Positions 20,414-31,072 are shown, numbered from the stretch's first letter. The stretch: 64,000 nucleotides of DNA from an uncultured Planctomycetaceae bacterium (GCA_963833985.1 CAWIAD010000002.1:5312001-5376000); one strand, 5' to 3'. The notes: a model not told the origin generated them from the sequence alone. Translations and numbers: made by a program.

Positions 20414-20869
20414 TTACTCCGATGTATTGAGCCCATTCCAACCTGAGCCGAGATACTGGAGTTCGAGCACCGCCGAGATTCTCCGCTCCGGCGCCCTCGG
20501 CTTCTGCCATGCCCAGGAGGTGACCTGGGTCCGGGCCGGAAGCACCAGGCCGCCCAGCGAGCTACCCCCGAGGGCATCGATGGCGACGTTCAGCAGCAGT
20601 TCCGCGGTCTCGTCGCGAAGCTGGGGATCCTCATGCCGCGCCAGGATGATGAGGTTCACCCGGCAGGACAGCAGCGGATCGCCCTGGTAGTCGTCCGAGG
20701 GCTGGGCCTGGGCTGTCTGCCAGGGCTCGATGGCCACGGCATGGCTGTCGGCTGCCGACTCACCCCGGTCTTCGGGCAGCCCCGAGAGGTAGACGCCGTC
20801 GAAGGCGCCGGTCTGCTCGAGCAGCTCCGCAACCTGATTGCGAATGTCTCTTTCGCGAAACGAAAGCAT
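20414..20869 (-). CDS. Putative tail terminator protein
   Basis: 'RDIRNQVAELLEQTGAFDGVY..LLLNVAIDAL' pattern; directly upstream of the tube gene. Confidence 0.6.
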   Translation of the reverse strand: MLSFRERDIRNQVAELLEQTGAFDGVYLSGLPEDRGESAADSHAVAIEPWQTAQAQPSDDYQGDPLLSCRVNLIILARHEDPQLRDETAELLLNVAIDALGGSSLGGLVLPARTQVTSWAWQKPRAPERRISAVLELQYLGSGWNGLNTSE

Positions 20870-20886
20870 GGCGAACCTCGTGGTGC

Positions 20887-23800
20887 TTACCGCCAACGTT
20901 TCCGGAACGGCACGAAAAGCTTCCTCGTCCTGGATGTGGGGGCCGGCGGCGGAGGCGGAGGCGGCGGAGGCGGCGTCTGTGCCATCCATTCATTGAGCGC
21001 CTGCAAGCGGACCGCATCGCACTGGGCATCCTGGTTGGTCGTGGCCGCCTTGGTATAAGTCTGCCCGGGCGTGGCCAGGCAACGGCGGTTGACGAACCCT
21101 CCGTTCGAGCCATCGCCCTTGCCCGGTTTCTGCCCGGGCCAGTGCTTGAGCCCCCAGTTGTTCGAGTAGCTGTAATAGATGGAGTAGGAATAGAGGTTGA
21201 TGCCGGGGAACCCGGCGCTCTGGAACAAGGCGTACATATCTTTCTCAATGATCAGCCAGTTCGGGTCATAGGGCATGTCGCGCGAGCGGGGGGTCACGTT
21301 GCCGGCAGCGGCCGGCACGCCCGTCTCGAACCCGCCCTCATATCCCCAGAATCCAGCAGACGTTCCCATCGCGGCGTTATAGGCCGCCAGGGTGGACGCA
21401 TTTCCCGCCATGAAGGCCTGGAAACCCTGTGTGTTGTAGTAGAGGTCATGAATCCAGAGGTCGATCGCCTGCTGGATGTCGGCGCTGTTCCAGGCCGCCA
21501 CACTCGCCGCCGAGTTGTCGGGATCGATGTACGGTGCCAGGCCCAGGGCATCGATCGTCACCGAGTTCGCCTGTGCCTGCGCAAGCTGCATCTGCGCATT
21601 GCCTGGCGCGGAGTACTGGCAATTGATGAGCGCCTGGATCTCTCCCGCGCGGCTGCCGAACACATTGCGATAGATCGCCCGGATCTGCCCGGTACGGATC
21701 ACGTACCAGGCGTAGGGGCTTGAATACCCCGCGAACCGGCTTATCAGCGTGATCTGGCCGTACTGGATCTGGGCAAAGTTCCACGGCTCATCGGAGAGTT
21801 CCAGGTAGATCTTGCGGCCCGCCGGGAAGTTGGCCAGGTCCTTGTTAGCCATCGCGTACACGTAGCTATCGGTAGCGATGAGGGGGATGTTGCGGTGCAA
21901 GTTGCAGCCCCCCACCGATCCGGTCACCATGGCGGTGAACTCGGGTGGGAAGCCGATATCCGGCATGGCGAAATACGTGGTATTGGTGGCCGGATTGAGC
22001 GTGTAGGTTTGGGTCAGCGTGGTCGTGCTCGTCGACGTGTTGTACCAGAGCTGGAAGAAGGAGTTCGGCCCGGTCACCCAGACAGGCTGGCTGCCTCCGG
22101 TGATGTTGAAGCTTGTGCCGTCTGTCGTCGTGAACTGCGGAAAACTTCCCCCCGGAGCGATCTGGAGCCCGGACTTGAGCCCATGGGGGTTCTGCGTGAC
22201 AAACTCCACGACCTGGGTGTTCACTCCGCCCAGGTTCGAGAGCGACGTCCAGGCCCAGCGGTTCATGGCGGTGATCGGCTCGCCCGCGGCGTGCGTTACG
22301 GGAGTGGTGCCGGACGATCCCCGCTCCACCACCGCCGTGTTGCCGGAAATCGACTTCACCCGCAACTTTTCCGTGGGGCCGATTTGCAGCAGGATGCCGG
22401 CGAAGAGATCCGTCGGAATTGCCGAAAGGGTGATCGTCTCGAGAGTGCCGACAGCGGGGGCGTCCAGCACTGCGGCACCGAGGGTGACTGCCGAGCCGGC
22501 AACCATGGGCGTCCATGGTGAACCCAGGAAGTCGCCGTAGACATACGGGCTGGTTGCCACCGAAAGCGGCCTGGCGGCGGTGTAGCCAATGGTGTAGGTG
22601 TTATGCAGGCTGTTGTTCCATGAGAAGTCCGTGAGCTGGTGCAGCTCCCACGCCTCGGTCTTGTTCGACATGCCACCGAACGTGTCGGTCGAGTCCAGCC
22701 AGCGCATCGAGCCGATACCGTTTGGTAGATCGGCCAGGAACTGTCCGGACAGCGCGTAGGGTTGGGAACGGTCGAAGGAGAGCGGCGTGCCGGGCGTGTA
22801 GCTGAAATCGCCGGGGGCCAGGATCCAGAGATTGCTGATGTTCGGCGTCTGGCTTGGGCACGTCCACTGGAGACCGATCGGCAGGCTAGCTGATGTCGCC
22901 CCCGCAGGCGCCGAGACCGTGAAGGCGTAGAACTGGCCGACGCCGTTACTTCCGGAATTGCTTACCGATGCAACTGGTGTCACCGTGCACTGCGCCGCGT
23001 TGAGCGACACCATGGCAAGCTGACTGGCCGAGTTCGTGCCGAAGGCGTTGTCGTCGAAGCCGATCGCCCACACGCCGGCGATCCCCGGGTAATTGGTGGA
23101 GTCGATATTGTTGCTCATCCCGGTATAGTCAAGTATCGACAACGTCTCGGTGGGGTGCAGCATCCGAGTGGGGTAGCCGTCGACGGTGTTTGTCGACCCG
23201 GCCTCGGAGGGCGAGAGCCGATAGCGCCAGTTCTTCGGGATGTTGTACAGGGTGCCGTTGGACGCACCGCTGTTGCTGAAGTTCAGTCCGGGGCGAATTG
23301 TTTTGGCGAGAGAGTCCGTCCCGAAGCAAGACATGCCCGTGTAGTTGCTGATCGGCAAGTTCGTGACGGCGTTCACCGACCCCGCGCCGCAAGTCATCCA
23401 GGAGGTCGGGGTCGAGATCGTGACGGTGTCTCCTGGGTTGATCTGCTGGCCGCTTTGCAGGCTTAAGACTGCACACTGGTGGTATCCGGTGACCCACGCG
23501 TTGACACCAGGGCCAATCGGGTTGCCGTTCTGGAAGATGCTGGGTGCGTAGTTCAGTGCGGTGGGATTGACCGGCGTGTTCCCCGAGATGGTGGAGAAGA
23601 AGAAAACGATCGTCTTGCCGCTGGTGCCAACGTAAGCTCTGGAAATCTGGCAGGTTGGAGGAGGCGGTAACGGGTCCTGAACGACCACGTTGCCGACATG
23701 AATTCCGGTCGTGGCGGTGACCGGCGTCGCCTGGAAGTAAGGCCCGACGCCATAAGCGGAGGGCAGCGAGGTCGGCAGGACCGTGAAGGGGTTGACCGGC

Positions 23801-25236
23801 AGCAGTGTGTTCCAGGTGCTGCCGCCGTTGGTCGAGTAGTAAGTCCAGATATCCGCATATCCGGAGTTGCTCTGGTTCGGCTTGACCTGGATCCTGATGC
23901 GCCAGGTCACCCCGACAGCCGGTCCCGCGGTAGACCCTGCGCCGGCGTCCGAACCGTTCTGCACCAGGCGGATTGACCCGACGCCGTCGGCGGGATGGAA
24001 CCGCAGGTAGAGCTGGTTCGAGCCGCTACCCGACGACATGAAGATCATCTGGGCGTACTCAGTCGTCACGGCCGAAAGATAGGCGAGGTCGAACTGGATC
24101 TCCAGCGGTGTGATGGGCGAGCCCGAGATGGCAGGCAGCGCGCCCTGCCAGAGCGACTGGGTATCAGGAGCCGCTGCCTGGAAGGTGCAGCCATTACCGT
24201 CGAGCTGGATGGCCCCGCCGGTGGGCGCTGACCACCCGCCGCCAGACTGGCCGCTGAGAAGCGTGTTGCTGATGTGGCCAGAGATCAAGATGCCCGGGGC
24301 GCCTGTGAAGCTGTCCTGAAGATAGATCCCCGTGGAGATGAAGCTCACAGCGCCCGGGTTGGCCAGGGTCCCGGAGTTCGTGAACGTCCAGGTGATCGTG
24401 TCCGCCGACAGCGGCGTGAACTGCCAGTTGATGGAGCTCTGGGTGCCGTCGCAGGAAATCACGATCGGACTGAAGAGCTGCGCGCCAGAGGGCGTGGCCG
24501 TGATGGTGCCGGTGAATGCTGACCCGGCGGGCGTGAAGTTGATCGTTGCCGATGCGGTCGTTTTCTGATGCCCGCCGCCTGGCATCGCGACCGAGTATCC
24601 GGTGGCCTGTGAAAAGCTCGGGACGTCCTGCACGACCAGGCCGACGATGTGTGTGCCGGTCGTGGCGGTTGCGGCGGTGGCGGTGTTCGCCACGAAGCCC
24701 ACGTTCACGGGCGCGGTCGGGGTGGTTGTGGTGTAGGAGAACAGCGGGTTCCACGGACCGCCGTTGATCGTCGCGTACCTGGCCGTGAACGTCGTGTTGC
24801 CGCCAGAGGTCGAGACATCGACCTTGATCCACCACTTCTGGCCGACCGCGGGAGAGAGCCCGGTCGACGCCTTCGAGGTTGGACCGTTGTAGAGGCCGAA
24901 GCCGCTGCCATCGGTGAACATCAACTTCCAGTTGTTGGTCGTCGGCGGCTCGGTCGAGAATAGCGTGACGCCGGTCTGGCTGGGGTTGACCGCGGTCATG
25001 CGGTAGACCGCGAAGAGCACCTCGAAGTTGACCGTTCCGGGCATCGCGGCCGTGCTGAGGATGCTGCTGGGCGCGGTCGTGGACAGATAGACCCCGCCGC
25101 TGCCGTCGAGCGCCAGGCCGTTGCCTCCGTTGGAATGGTTGCTGTCGTTGGGCCAGGCGGCGCCGCTGTCCGAGGTGTGCGCCGAGAGCAGCGTGCCGGA
25201 CGTCCCGCTGAAGGTATCATTCAAATAAACTGCCAT
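20887..25236 (-). CDS. Large fibre/spike-like protein with two lectin-like domains and a C-terminal glycoside-hydrolase-like domain
   Basis: Repeated 'YLxDxFxG' domains; 'IYLELSDEPWN' and 'WGYEGG' motifs; poly-Pro linker and basic tail. Confidence 0.6.
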   Translation of the reverse strand: MAVYLNDTFSGTSGTLLSAHTSDSGAAWPNDSNHSNGGNGLALDGSGGVYLSTTAPSSILSTAAMPGTVNFEVLFAVYRMTAVNPSQTGVTLFSTEPPTTNNWKLMFTDGSGFGLYNGPTSKASTGLSPAVGQKWWIKVDVSTSGGNTTFTARYATINGGPWNPLFSYTTTTPTAPVNVGFVANTATAATATTGTHIVGLVVQDVPSFSQATGYSVAMPGGGHQKTTASATINFTPAGSAFTGTITATPSGAQLFSPIVISCDGTQSSINWQFTPLSADTITWTFTNSGTLANPGAVSFISTGIYLQDSFTGAPGILISGHISNTLLSGQSGGGWSAPTGGAIQLDGNGCTFQAAAPDTQSLWQGALPAISGSPITPLEIQFDLAYLSAVTTEYAQMIFMSSGSGSNQLYLRFHPADGVGSIRLVQNGSDAGAGSTAGPAVGVTWRIRIQVKPNQSNSGYADIWTYYSTNGGSTWNTLLPVNPFTVLPTSLPSAYGVGPYFQATPVTATTGIHVGNVVVQDPLPPPPTCQISRAYVGTSGKTIVFFFSTISGNTPVNPTALNYAPSIFQNGNPIGPGVNAWVTGYHQCAVLSLQSGQQINPGDTVTISTPTSWMTCGAGSVNAVTNLPISNYTGMSCFGTDSLAKTIRPGLNFSNSGASNGTLYNIPKNWRYRLSPSEAGSTNTVDGYPTRMLHPTETLSILDYTGMSNNIDSTNYPGIAGVWAIGFDDNAFGTNSASQLAMVSLNAAQCTVTPVASVSNSGSNGVGQFYAFTVSAPAGATSASLPIGLQWTCPSQTPNISNLWILAPGDFSYTPGTPLSFDRSQPYALSGQFLADLPNGIGSMRWLDSTDTFGGMSNKTEAWELHQLTDFSWNNSLHNTYTIGYTAARPLSVATSPYVYGDFLGSPWTPMVAGSAVTLGAAVLDAPAVGTLETITLSAIPTDLFAGILLQIGPTEKLRVKSISGNTAVVERGSSGTTPVTHAAGEPITAMNRWAWTSLSNLGGVNTQVVEFVTQNPHGLKSGLQIAPGGSFPQFTTTDGTSFNITGGSQPVWVTGPNSFFQLWYNTSTSTTTLTQTYTLNPATNTTYFAMPDIGFPPEFTAMVTGSVGGCNLHRNIPLIATDSYVYAMANKDLANFPAGRKIYLELSDEPWNFAQIQYGQITLISRFAGYSSPYAWYVIRTGQIRAIYRNVFGSRAGEIQALINCQYSAPGNAQMQLAQAQANSVTIDALGLAPYIDPDNSAASVAAWNSADIQQAIDLWIHDLYYNTQGFQAFMAGNASTLAAYNAAMGTSAGFWGYEGGFETGVPAAAGNVTPRSRDMPYDPNWLIIEKDMYALFQSAGFPGINLYSYSIYYSYSNNWGLKHWPGQKPGKGDGSNGGFVNRRCLATPGQTYTKAATTNQDAQCDAVRLQALNEWMAQTPPPPPPPPPPAPTSRTRKLFVPFRKRWR

Positions 25237-25342
25237 GGTTCCCGCCAGGGCAAAGCCCTGCACCTACGTGTTGGGGCCCTTGCGAGGCCGTTGGAACAGG
25301 CTCTGCGCCACGCCGCGCGATGGGGCCCGAAGTCCTTGCACA

Positions 25343-26308
25343 TCATTCCTGGCTGGTGGCAACGGCCTGCAGCGCATCGACCAGCGCGGGAGGAGTACCG
25401 TCCGCCAGGATGGTCAGGACGGTCGTGTTCGATTCCTCGCCCACGCCGTTGAAGGCGCGGACCGCCAGCGCGTAGCGTTGCCCGGCGGTCAGGCCGGTCA
25501 GGTTCGCCGTGAAGCAGCCGAACCGCCCGCTGGACCAGGGTACCGTCGCGACAGCCGTCGTATATTCTGGCAGCCCGCCGGTACCCACGTATACGTGAAA
25601 GCCAGTCGGCTGCCTGAGCGGGATGCCGCAGGGACAGCTCCACTCGGCTCGGACGATGCCGCCAGCCGTCGAGAATGCTCGCAAGCCCAGCGGAGCGGGT
25701 GGCACCTGCGTGATGTCGTTGCCGCCGGCGTCGAGCACCAGCTCGACCACCGCATCGATATTCTGCTCTTCCAGGCCGGTGCTCGGGTTGAAGGCCCTCA
25801 CGCCAAGCTTGTAGCTTCCCGGAGCGGTCAGGGTTCCACTTGTCCATGCGGGCCGTGTAACCATTGCCACCGCGCTGGCGTAGCTGATCGGATCGCCAGT
25901 ACCGGAGTTGATGTAGATATGGTAGGCGAGTGATCCCTGGTTGTCCACACCGCCCAGGGCCATCCCGCCGCCCGCGGCGACAGCGTGTGCCGTATGAGCG
26001 GCCGCGGCGCCGGCCAGGGCGGAGCCGCCCCCGCAGGAGACCGAAGCCGCATGGACCGGTAACGCCGTGCCGGCGATGGCCAGTCCGCCACTCGCGGTCG
26101 CACTGGCGTTCTGCCGGACACCCAGCCCCGACGAGCCGAGAGCCACGCCGCCCGACGGCCAGACCACCAGGTGGGTCACGCCGCTGAGGCCCTGAAGCAG
26201 GACCGGGCCGCCAAGGCCCTGCGTGATGAGATTGGGCGCCACCGGGGCAGACCACCCCTGGGTGACGACCTGGCCGCCAAGCAACCCCTGTGCAATGATG
26301 AGGCTCAT
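25343..26308 (-). CDS. FN3-domain structural protein
   Basis: 'PPAPLGLRA..GFHVY..LTGLTAGQRYALAVRAFNGVGE'. Confidence 0.7.
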   Translation of the reverse strand: MSLIIAQGLLGGQVVTQGWSAPVAPNLITQGLGGPVLLQGLSGVTHLVVWPSGGVALGSSGLGVRQNASATASGGLAIAGTALPVHAASVSCGGGSALAGAAAAHTAHAVAAGGGMALGGVDNQGSLAYHIYINSGTGDPISYASAVAMVTRPAWTSGTLTAPGSYKLGVRAFNPSTGLEEQNIDAVVELVLDAGGNDITQVPPAPLGLRAFSTAGGIVRAEWSCPCGIPLRQPTGFHVYVGTGGLPEYTTAVATVPWSSGRFGCFTANLTGLTAGQRYALAVRAFNGVGEESNTTVLTILADGTPPALVDALQAVATSQE

Positions 26309-27093
26309 CACGACCTCTGCGTCGGGGTCGAGGCGCTATCGAGCGTGAAGCTTCGGACGACCGTCGCGCCGTCGCCCGCATAGAGCGTCAGCGTCGTGCC
26401 CGAGAGCACCCACCGCCCAAAGCCCTGGGCACGGGCGGCGTTCAGGGCGTCACCAACAGTCTGCGCGGTGTTGGAGGTTGGAATGGACTGTGTCAGGTTC
26501 AGGCTGTAGCCCGTCTTGTCGTTGTTGGTGGTGACGGTCACCCCCGCGGTCACCGAGGCCACCCCGCCGGCCACGTTTCCCCCCACATTCCCCGTCACCG
26601 AACCCACTGCTCCGGTCACACTGCCAACCGAGCCAGTGGTGCTGAAGGCCTGGCTGGCGGCCAGGCTGTAGCCCGTCTTGTCGTTGTTGGTGCCCACCGT
26701 CACGGTCCCTGAGACCGGCACCGCGCCTGCGCTGGGGCTGATCTGCCCCGAGCCGGTGCCGACCGTGAGTAACCCCCCCGCGGCCGCGGGCGCGGCGGTC
26801 GGAAGGTTCTCGAAAGTCACGGTGATGGGCAGGATGACAATGCCCGCGGTCGAGGACCTGCCCGCAAGCGTGCCCACCTGGCACTGCGCCTGCGCGGCCG
26901 TGACTGTTGCCTTGTAGACACCCGGGCAGCTCGCGGCATCAACTTCCGACGCCGTGGGGATGGTGGTGGTGTCCTCGGTGCCGTCGTGTACCCACCGAAG
27001 CGCGTGGTTCGCCGCGTCGCCCGTCTTGCCCACGTTGTTCATCGTGTCCCAGGCAAGGTATTGCAGCGTGACTGTCTGGCCGTAGCTGGGCAT
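26308..27093 (-). CDS. Gly/Thr/Val-rich fibre-like structural protein
   Basis: 'GSVGSVTGAVGSVTGNVGG' repeats and two copies of 'TNNDKTGYSL'. Confidence 0.65.
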   Translation of the reverse strand: MPSYGQTVTLQYLAWDTMNNVGKTGDAANHALRWVHDGTEDTTTIPTASEVDAASCPGVYKATVTAAQAQCQVGTLAGRSSTAGIVILPITVTFENLPTAAPAAAGGLLTVGTGSGQISPSAGAVPVSGTVTVGTNNDKTGYSLAASQAFSTTGSVGSVTGAVGSVTGNVGGNVAGGVASVTAGVTVTTNNDKTGYSLNLTQSIPTSNTAQTVGDALNAARAQGFGRWVLSGTTLTLYAGDGATVVRSFTLDSASTPTQRS

Positions 27094-27140
27094 GACCGTC
27101 CCTCCCAAAACATGTGTGCGGTACGCAGGCGGCGAGTCGA

Positions 27141-27975
27141 TCACACGAACTGCTTGAAGAACTCCCAGATCCATAAGGCCGCAGGCACGTCAGCCACGAG
27201 CGGGCCGCCCTTGCCCCCGTCCACGGCGATTCCACCGGGCCACTGGTGGCCACCGCCCGGTAGCTTGTAGAGCACCACCGGGTGTGTGCCGGGGTACGTG
27301 CCGCACTCGTAGTCCGTGCCCGTCGTGACCTGCGTGGGACCGCACTTGTTGACCGTGGTCCAGGCGCCTATGACCTCGGGGATCGGGGTGTGGAAGCAGT
27401 GGTCGATCGAGTGGGCACCGTAGCCACCATTGAACGGGCAGTTCTGATCGAGTATGCCGTGGAAGTGGATCACGGGCATCGGATTATGCGGAGGCGGCGT
27501 CATGATGCCCATATCGCCCGAAACCGGACCAATCGCCGCAACCAACCCCGGCGCCATGCGGGCCAGCTGGTAGCAGAACATCGCGCCGTTGGAAAAGCCC
27601 GTGGCGAAGATGTTCTTGCGGATGATCGGGAACCGCTTTTGCACGTCGTTCACCACCGCTCTGGTGAACTCCACGTCATCGACGTTGTTGCGCGGGCGCA
27701 CCACAGCACGAACCCGCGTTCCAATCGAGCAACGATGTCGCGCCCGGATTCTCGTTGGTTCCGTTGGGGCAGACCAACAGGAATCCGTTGTCGTCCGCGA
27801 CCTTCACAAACCCGCTCTGGCGCTCGAAGCCCGCACCATGGCCGGCGCCGCCGTGAAACCCAAGAACCACCGAGAGCGGAGTGGTCCCGTCCCAGCCGGC
27901 CGGTGTATGGACGATGTAGCTGCGTGTCCTGCCACCCTTGGTCGTCAACTCGTAACTTGGATCCTGAAGGGCCAT
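27141..27975 (-). CDS. PHB-depolymerase/LpqP-like esterase (frameshift near 27700)
   Basis: 'VLGFHGGAG', 'WNAGSCCG', 'DDVEF', GFSNG nucleophile motif, 'GGGHQWPG'. Confidence 0.85.
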
Positions 27976-27990
27976 TGAAAACTCCGGCGG

Positions 27991-28659
27991 CTACTTGGCA
28001 CGGCCGCAATTGAAAAGGTGAACGGGTACGATTGGAATGTCACGTACAAGCAGGTTTCCGATGTGCGTGCCGGCCGTGGCGGTCGCGGTGCCGCCGCCGT
28101 TTGGATTGATGACCGGTCCGACGTTCGGCGTGCATGTGACGCCCGATGCCGTGTAGGACAGGAGCGACGTCCAGGGGCCAGAGGTTCCCGCCGTCGCATA
28201 TTTGCACGTAAACGTGACGTTGGCTCCGCTGTAGGTCACGTCGATCTTGATCCACCACTTCACCCCGACCGCCGGCCCGAGCGAGGTTGACGCCGCCAGA
28301 CTCGGGCCATTATAGATCCCGAATCCGGACCCGTCCGTGTAATACAATTTATAGTTGTTTGTTGAAGTGGGTATCGTGTTGAGAATGAGGATGCCAGTCT
28401 GAGCCGGCGGGAGCGCCGTGAGACGCTCGATCCAGTAAACAATTTCAAAGTTGCTGGTTGCCGGCATGACGGCAGAACTCAGATTGCTTGCCCCGGAGGT
28501 TCCCGACGAATTGAAGATGCCGCCGTTGCCGTCCAGGGCAATGACGTTTGAGTTTCCGTGGTTCGCGTCGTTCGGCCAGGTGGCGCCGCTGTCTGCCGAA
28601 TGGGCGGTCAGGAGTGTGCCGGCGGTCCCGGCGAACGTATCAAGCAGGTAGACGCTCAT
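27991..28659 (-). CDS. Stand-alone lectin-like domain protein, paralogue of the N-terminus of 20887..25236
   Basis: MSVYLLDTFAGTAGTLLTAHSADSGATWPND vs MAVYLNDTFSGTSGTLLSAHTSDSGAAWPND. Confidence 0.75.
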   Translation of the reverse strand: MSVYLLDTFAGTAGTLLTAHSADSGATWPNDANHGNSNVIALDGNGGIFNSSGTSGASNLSSAVMPATSNFEIVYWIERLTALPPAQTGILILNTIPTSTNNYKLYYTDGSGFGIYNGPSLAASTSLGPAVGVKWWIKIDVTYSGANVTFTCKYATAGTSGPWTSLLSYTASGVTCTPNVGPVINPNGGGTATATAGTHIGNLLVRDIPIVPVHLFNCGRAK

Positions 28660-28707
28660 GAAGGGTTCCTCGTGGGCAGGCGGGAACGCCCGCGCAGATC
28701 GACTTCG

Positions 28708-29163
28708 TCACGCGTTCTCGAAGACCGGCGTGAGGCTGAGCGTATCACCGGAGCCGAGCGTGCGCGGCGTGGCGAACGCCTCGGCGCAGATCAGGTTGCC
28801 GGACGTGGCACCGATGATGAAGTAGCCGTAGACCGTGTCGCCGGTCGTGCCGCAGGTCCACACTTGCGGAGCGTTGCCGTACTGGCTGTGCCCGACCTGG
28901 CTGCGGCCGGTCCACGGAGGGCTGCCCGAGGGGGGTTGGCTGACCGGCGTGCTCCACGTGGTGCTGGAGATGCCGCGGGTGAGCGTCATGCGGCTGTAGC
29001 CGGAAAACACGGCCTCATGCGCCGTGTAGGTTGCGGCTGTGTCGGTCTCGCTGGGCGTGATGTTCGTGTTGAACAGCCCGAGCTGCCAGTTCTCCAGAGC
29101 GCCGCCGGCCAGCAAGTCGGTCAGGAGCTGGACGTCGCCTTGATGAGGAACAAGAAGCGCCAT
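28708..29163 (-). CDS. Small phage structural protein (fibre-base/minor tail-like)
   Basis: 'LGLFNTNITP..EAVFSGYSR..VYGYFI..AEAFATPRTL..DTLSLTP' pattern, common in phage minor structural proteins. Confidence 0.65.
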   Translation of the reverse strand: MALLVPHQGDVQLLTDLLAGGALENWQLGLFNTNITPSETDTAATYTAHEAVFSGYSRMTLTRGISSTTWSTPVSQPPSGSPPWTGRSQVGHSQYGNAPQVWTCGTTGDTVYGYFIIGATSGNLICAEAFATPRTLGSGDTLSLTPVFENA

Positions 29164-29171
29164 GATCGAAT

Positions 29172-29852
29172 TCACCTCACGATTCGTGTACAGAACCAGT
29201 TGGTCGCTTGCGTGTCCGAGCCGCTGGTTCCCCACCGAAGTTGCAGCCGCGCGAGAACCTCGGATAACTCTTGTTTGATCTGAGTGAGCTTGAGCGCGAA
29301 GTCACCTTCACTGCCGCGCGTCTCGCTTGCGTAGCGCTGGGACAGCACGGTGAGCACACAGGCCTGGCGGAGATCGCGCAGATCGTAAACGTCGGCCGGC
29401 GTTCGGCCAGGGATGTTCGGGTCAATCCAGTACCGCCGGTTGAGGTCGAAGCTGGCCTCTTCGATCTGGGGGTCGAAGGTGGCGATCAGGAATTCAACCC
29501 CGGTGAGCCCCGCCGCCGGCGCGGGAGACTGGCCGACGCTCAGAGCGGCCCCCAGACGACGGAGCACAACGCCGCTGTCGGAGGCGCTGTCCACAGCCAG
29601 TAGCTCGCCTCCCCCCTTGAAGACCGTGTTCGGCTTCCTGAGCAGGACCACGTGCTGCTGCGTCACTCCCGCGGCGAGGAAGTCGACCGATGGCGAGCTC
29701 AGGACCCACGGCGATCCGGCGGCGAAGGCGCCGTCGCTGCCGTAGGCCAGCTTCTGCCAGTCCGGGCAGAGCATCGAGAAATCGCCACCAGCACGGATGG
29801 CGATGTTCTCGTCGGTAGCATAAACAGTCGTCAGAGTTGCTGGAGCAGACAT
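29172..29852 (-). CDS. Putative head-tail adaptor
   Basis: N-terminal 'YATDENI' and helical 'QIEEASFDLNRRY..LRQACVLTVL'; located after the capsid genes. Confidence 0.6.
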   Translation of the reverse strand: MSAPATLTTVYATDENIAIRAGGDFSMLCPDWQKLAYGSDGAFAAGSPWVLSSPSVDFLAAGVTQQHVVLLRKPNTVFKGGGELLAVDSASDSGVVLRRLGAALSVGQSPAPAAGLTGVEFLIATFDPQIEEASFDLNRRYWIDPNIPGRTPADVYDLRDLRQACVLTVLSQRYASETRGSEGDFALKLTQIKQELSEVLARLQLRWGTSGSDTQATNWFCTRIVR

Positions 29853-29953
29853 TGGTGGTGCTCGCCTTGTGGTTTTGCGGTGTCGGGCCGAGGGCCGGAT
29901 GAGGGGAGCGGGGCTGGGACATGCAGTCGGCCCTGCCCCTGCCTCTTGCCTGT

Positions 29954-30702
29954 TCAGGGCAGCACCCAGCGCTGGAGCGGCATGCCGACGGCGGTCATGC
30001 TGCTGCTCACGGCCGCGGGCAAGTTGTTGACAACCAGGCTGCAAGACTCGCCCAGGGCCTGGTTCCAGAGCGCCACGACTCCCTGCCAGCTTGTATGCTG
30101 ACCGATCACCATGCGGCGCTCGATCGGATAGCCGGAGAGGTAGTTGCTCAGGTCTTCACTCAGGCGCTCGAGCGTCTTTTCCGTGATCGGCAGCGGCAGC
30201 AGTGAGTAGATCCGCTGCACATGGGCCCCGGCGCCTGTGGTGTTCTGGTTGGGGGTCGACTGCGTGGGCTGGTCCGCGGGGATGGCGTACGACAGGGCGA
30301 ACGTGGTGCCCGTCACGCCGCTGGCGTACAGCGTCTCGGTGCCACTGGGCAGGTTCGGGTCGGTGAGGTAGATGTTCATCGCCTGGCAGCCGGCGGGGAG
30401 GCTGGGCAAGGTGACCGTCGCCAGGTGCGCGCTGTCGGCCTGTGTGAACTGGCGCTCTCGCTGGTGCCGAGCGTGGTCTCGCCGAACGGGTCGACGAACG
30501 TGTAGGCCACGAAATACGTTCCTACCGGCAGGCTGGAACCGGCCGACGTGATGGACACGGTGGCCTGGGTGGTCGGGTTCGCCTTGGCGACGTTGGCGGC
30601 GATCAGGTTGTCGAGCACGATCTTCAAGCCGCCCGTCTTGTACTGCGCCCAGGTTGTACCGGAGGGCGTGATCACAGGCGGAACATAGGTGTCTCGGGCC
30701 AC
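29954..30702 (-). CDS. Putative head-associated protein (frameshift near 30450)
   Basis: ORFs 30376..30702 and 29954..30409 join into one beta-rich protein ('GTYFVAYTFVDPFGET'). Confidence 0.55.
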
Positions 30703-30705
30703 GGG

Positions 30706-31035
30706 TCAGCCCCTCCGTTTCTTCTCGGTTTTGGTGTGGGTGTTCGTCTCGGTGAGGGCGAAGGCCGGCGCCGGCAGTTCCAGCGCGGTGGTGACTTCCA
30801 GGATCGCCGCATCGGCGCCTTCCAGCGCCAAGGCCAGCGAGTCCCTGGTCGCGACGACGTGTTCCAGTAATTGCCGCTGGCTGACCGGATCAAGCCGAGG
30901 AAGCTGGCCGAGTGCGTCCTGCATCTGAGACAGATGCCAGATCTGCCGGCAGCGGCCTGACTGGTGCAGGTTACGCCCGGTCTCCGCGGCGACTCTCTCG
31001 ATGAACGGCCAGATGCCGGGGAACGTGTATGACAT
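30706..31035 (-). CDS. Hypothetical phage protein
   Basis: Directly downstream of the capsid gene. Confidence 0.55.
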   Translation of the reverse strand: MSYTFPGIWPFIERVAAETGRNLHQSGRCRQIWHLSQMQDALGQLPRLDPVSQRQLLEHVVATRDSLALALEGADAAILEVTTALELPAPAFALTETNTHTKTEKKRRG

Positions 31036-31072
31036 GTCTCTCAGTTGCCATTGGCCGGTGGCCGGTTAGAAC

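Noticed and set aside
10249..20869. Contractile injection system or tailocin
   Set aside because: No sheath or baseplate wedge genes recognised, and terminase, portal and capsid genes are present.
26501..26692. 30 bp direct repeat as att sites
   Set aside because: It is an in-frame coding repeat (TNNDKTGYSL) within one fibre gene.
24630..28659. Duplicated lectin-like domain plus an RT in the window as a diversity-generating retroelement
   Set aside because: The copies are diverged coding paralogues with no evident adenine-specific pattern, and the RT is a group II intron maturase inside a full intron.
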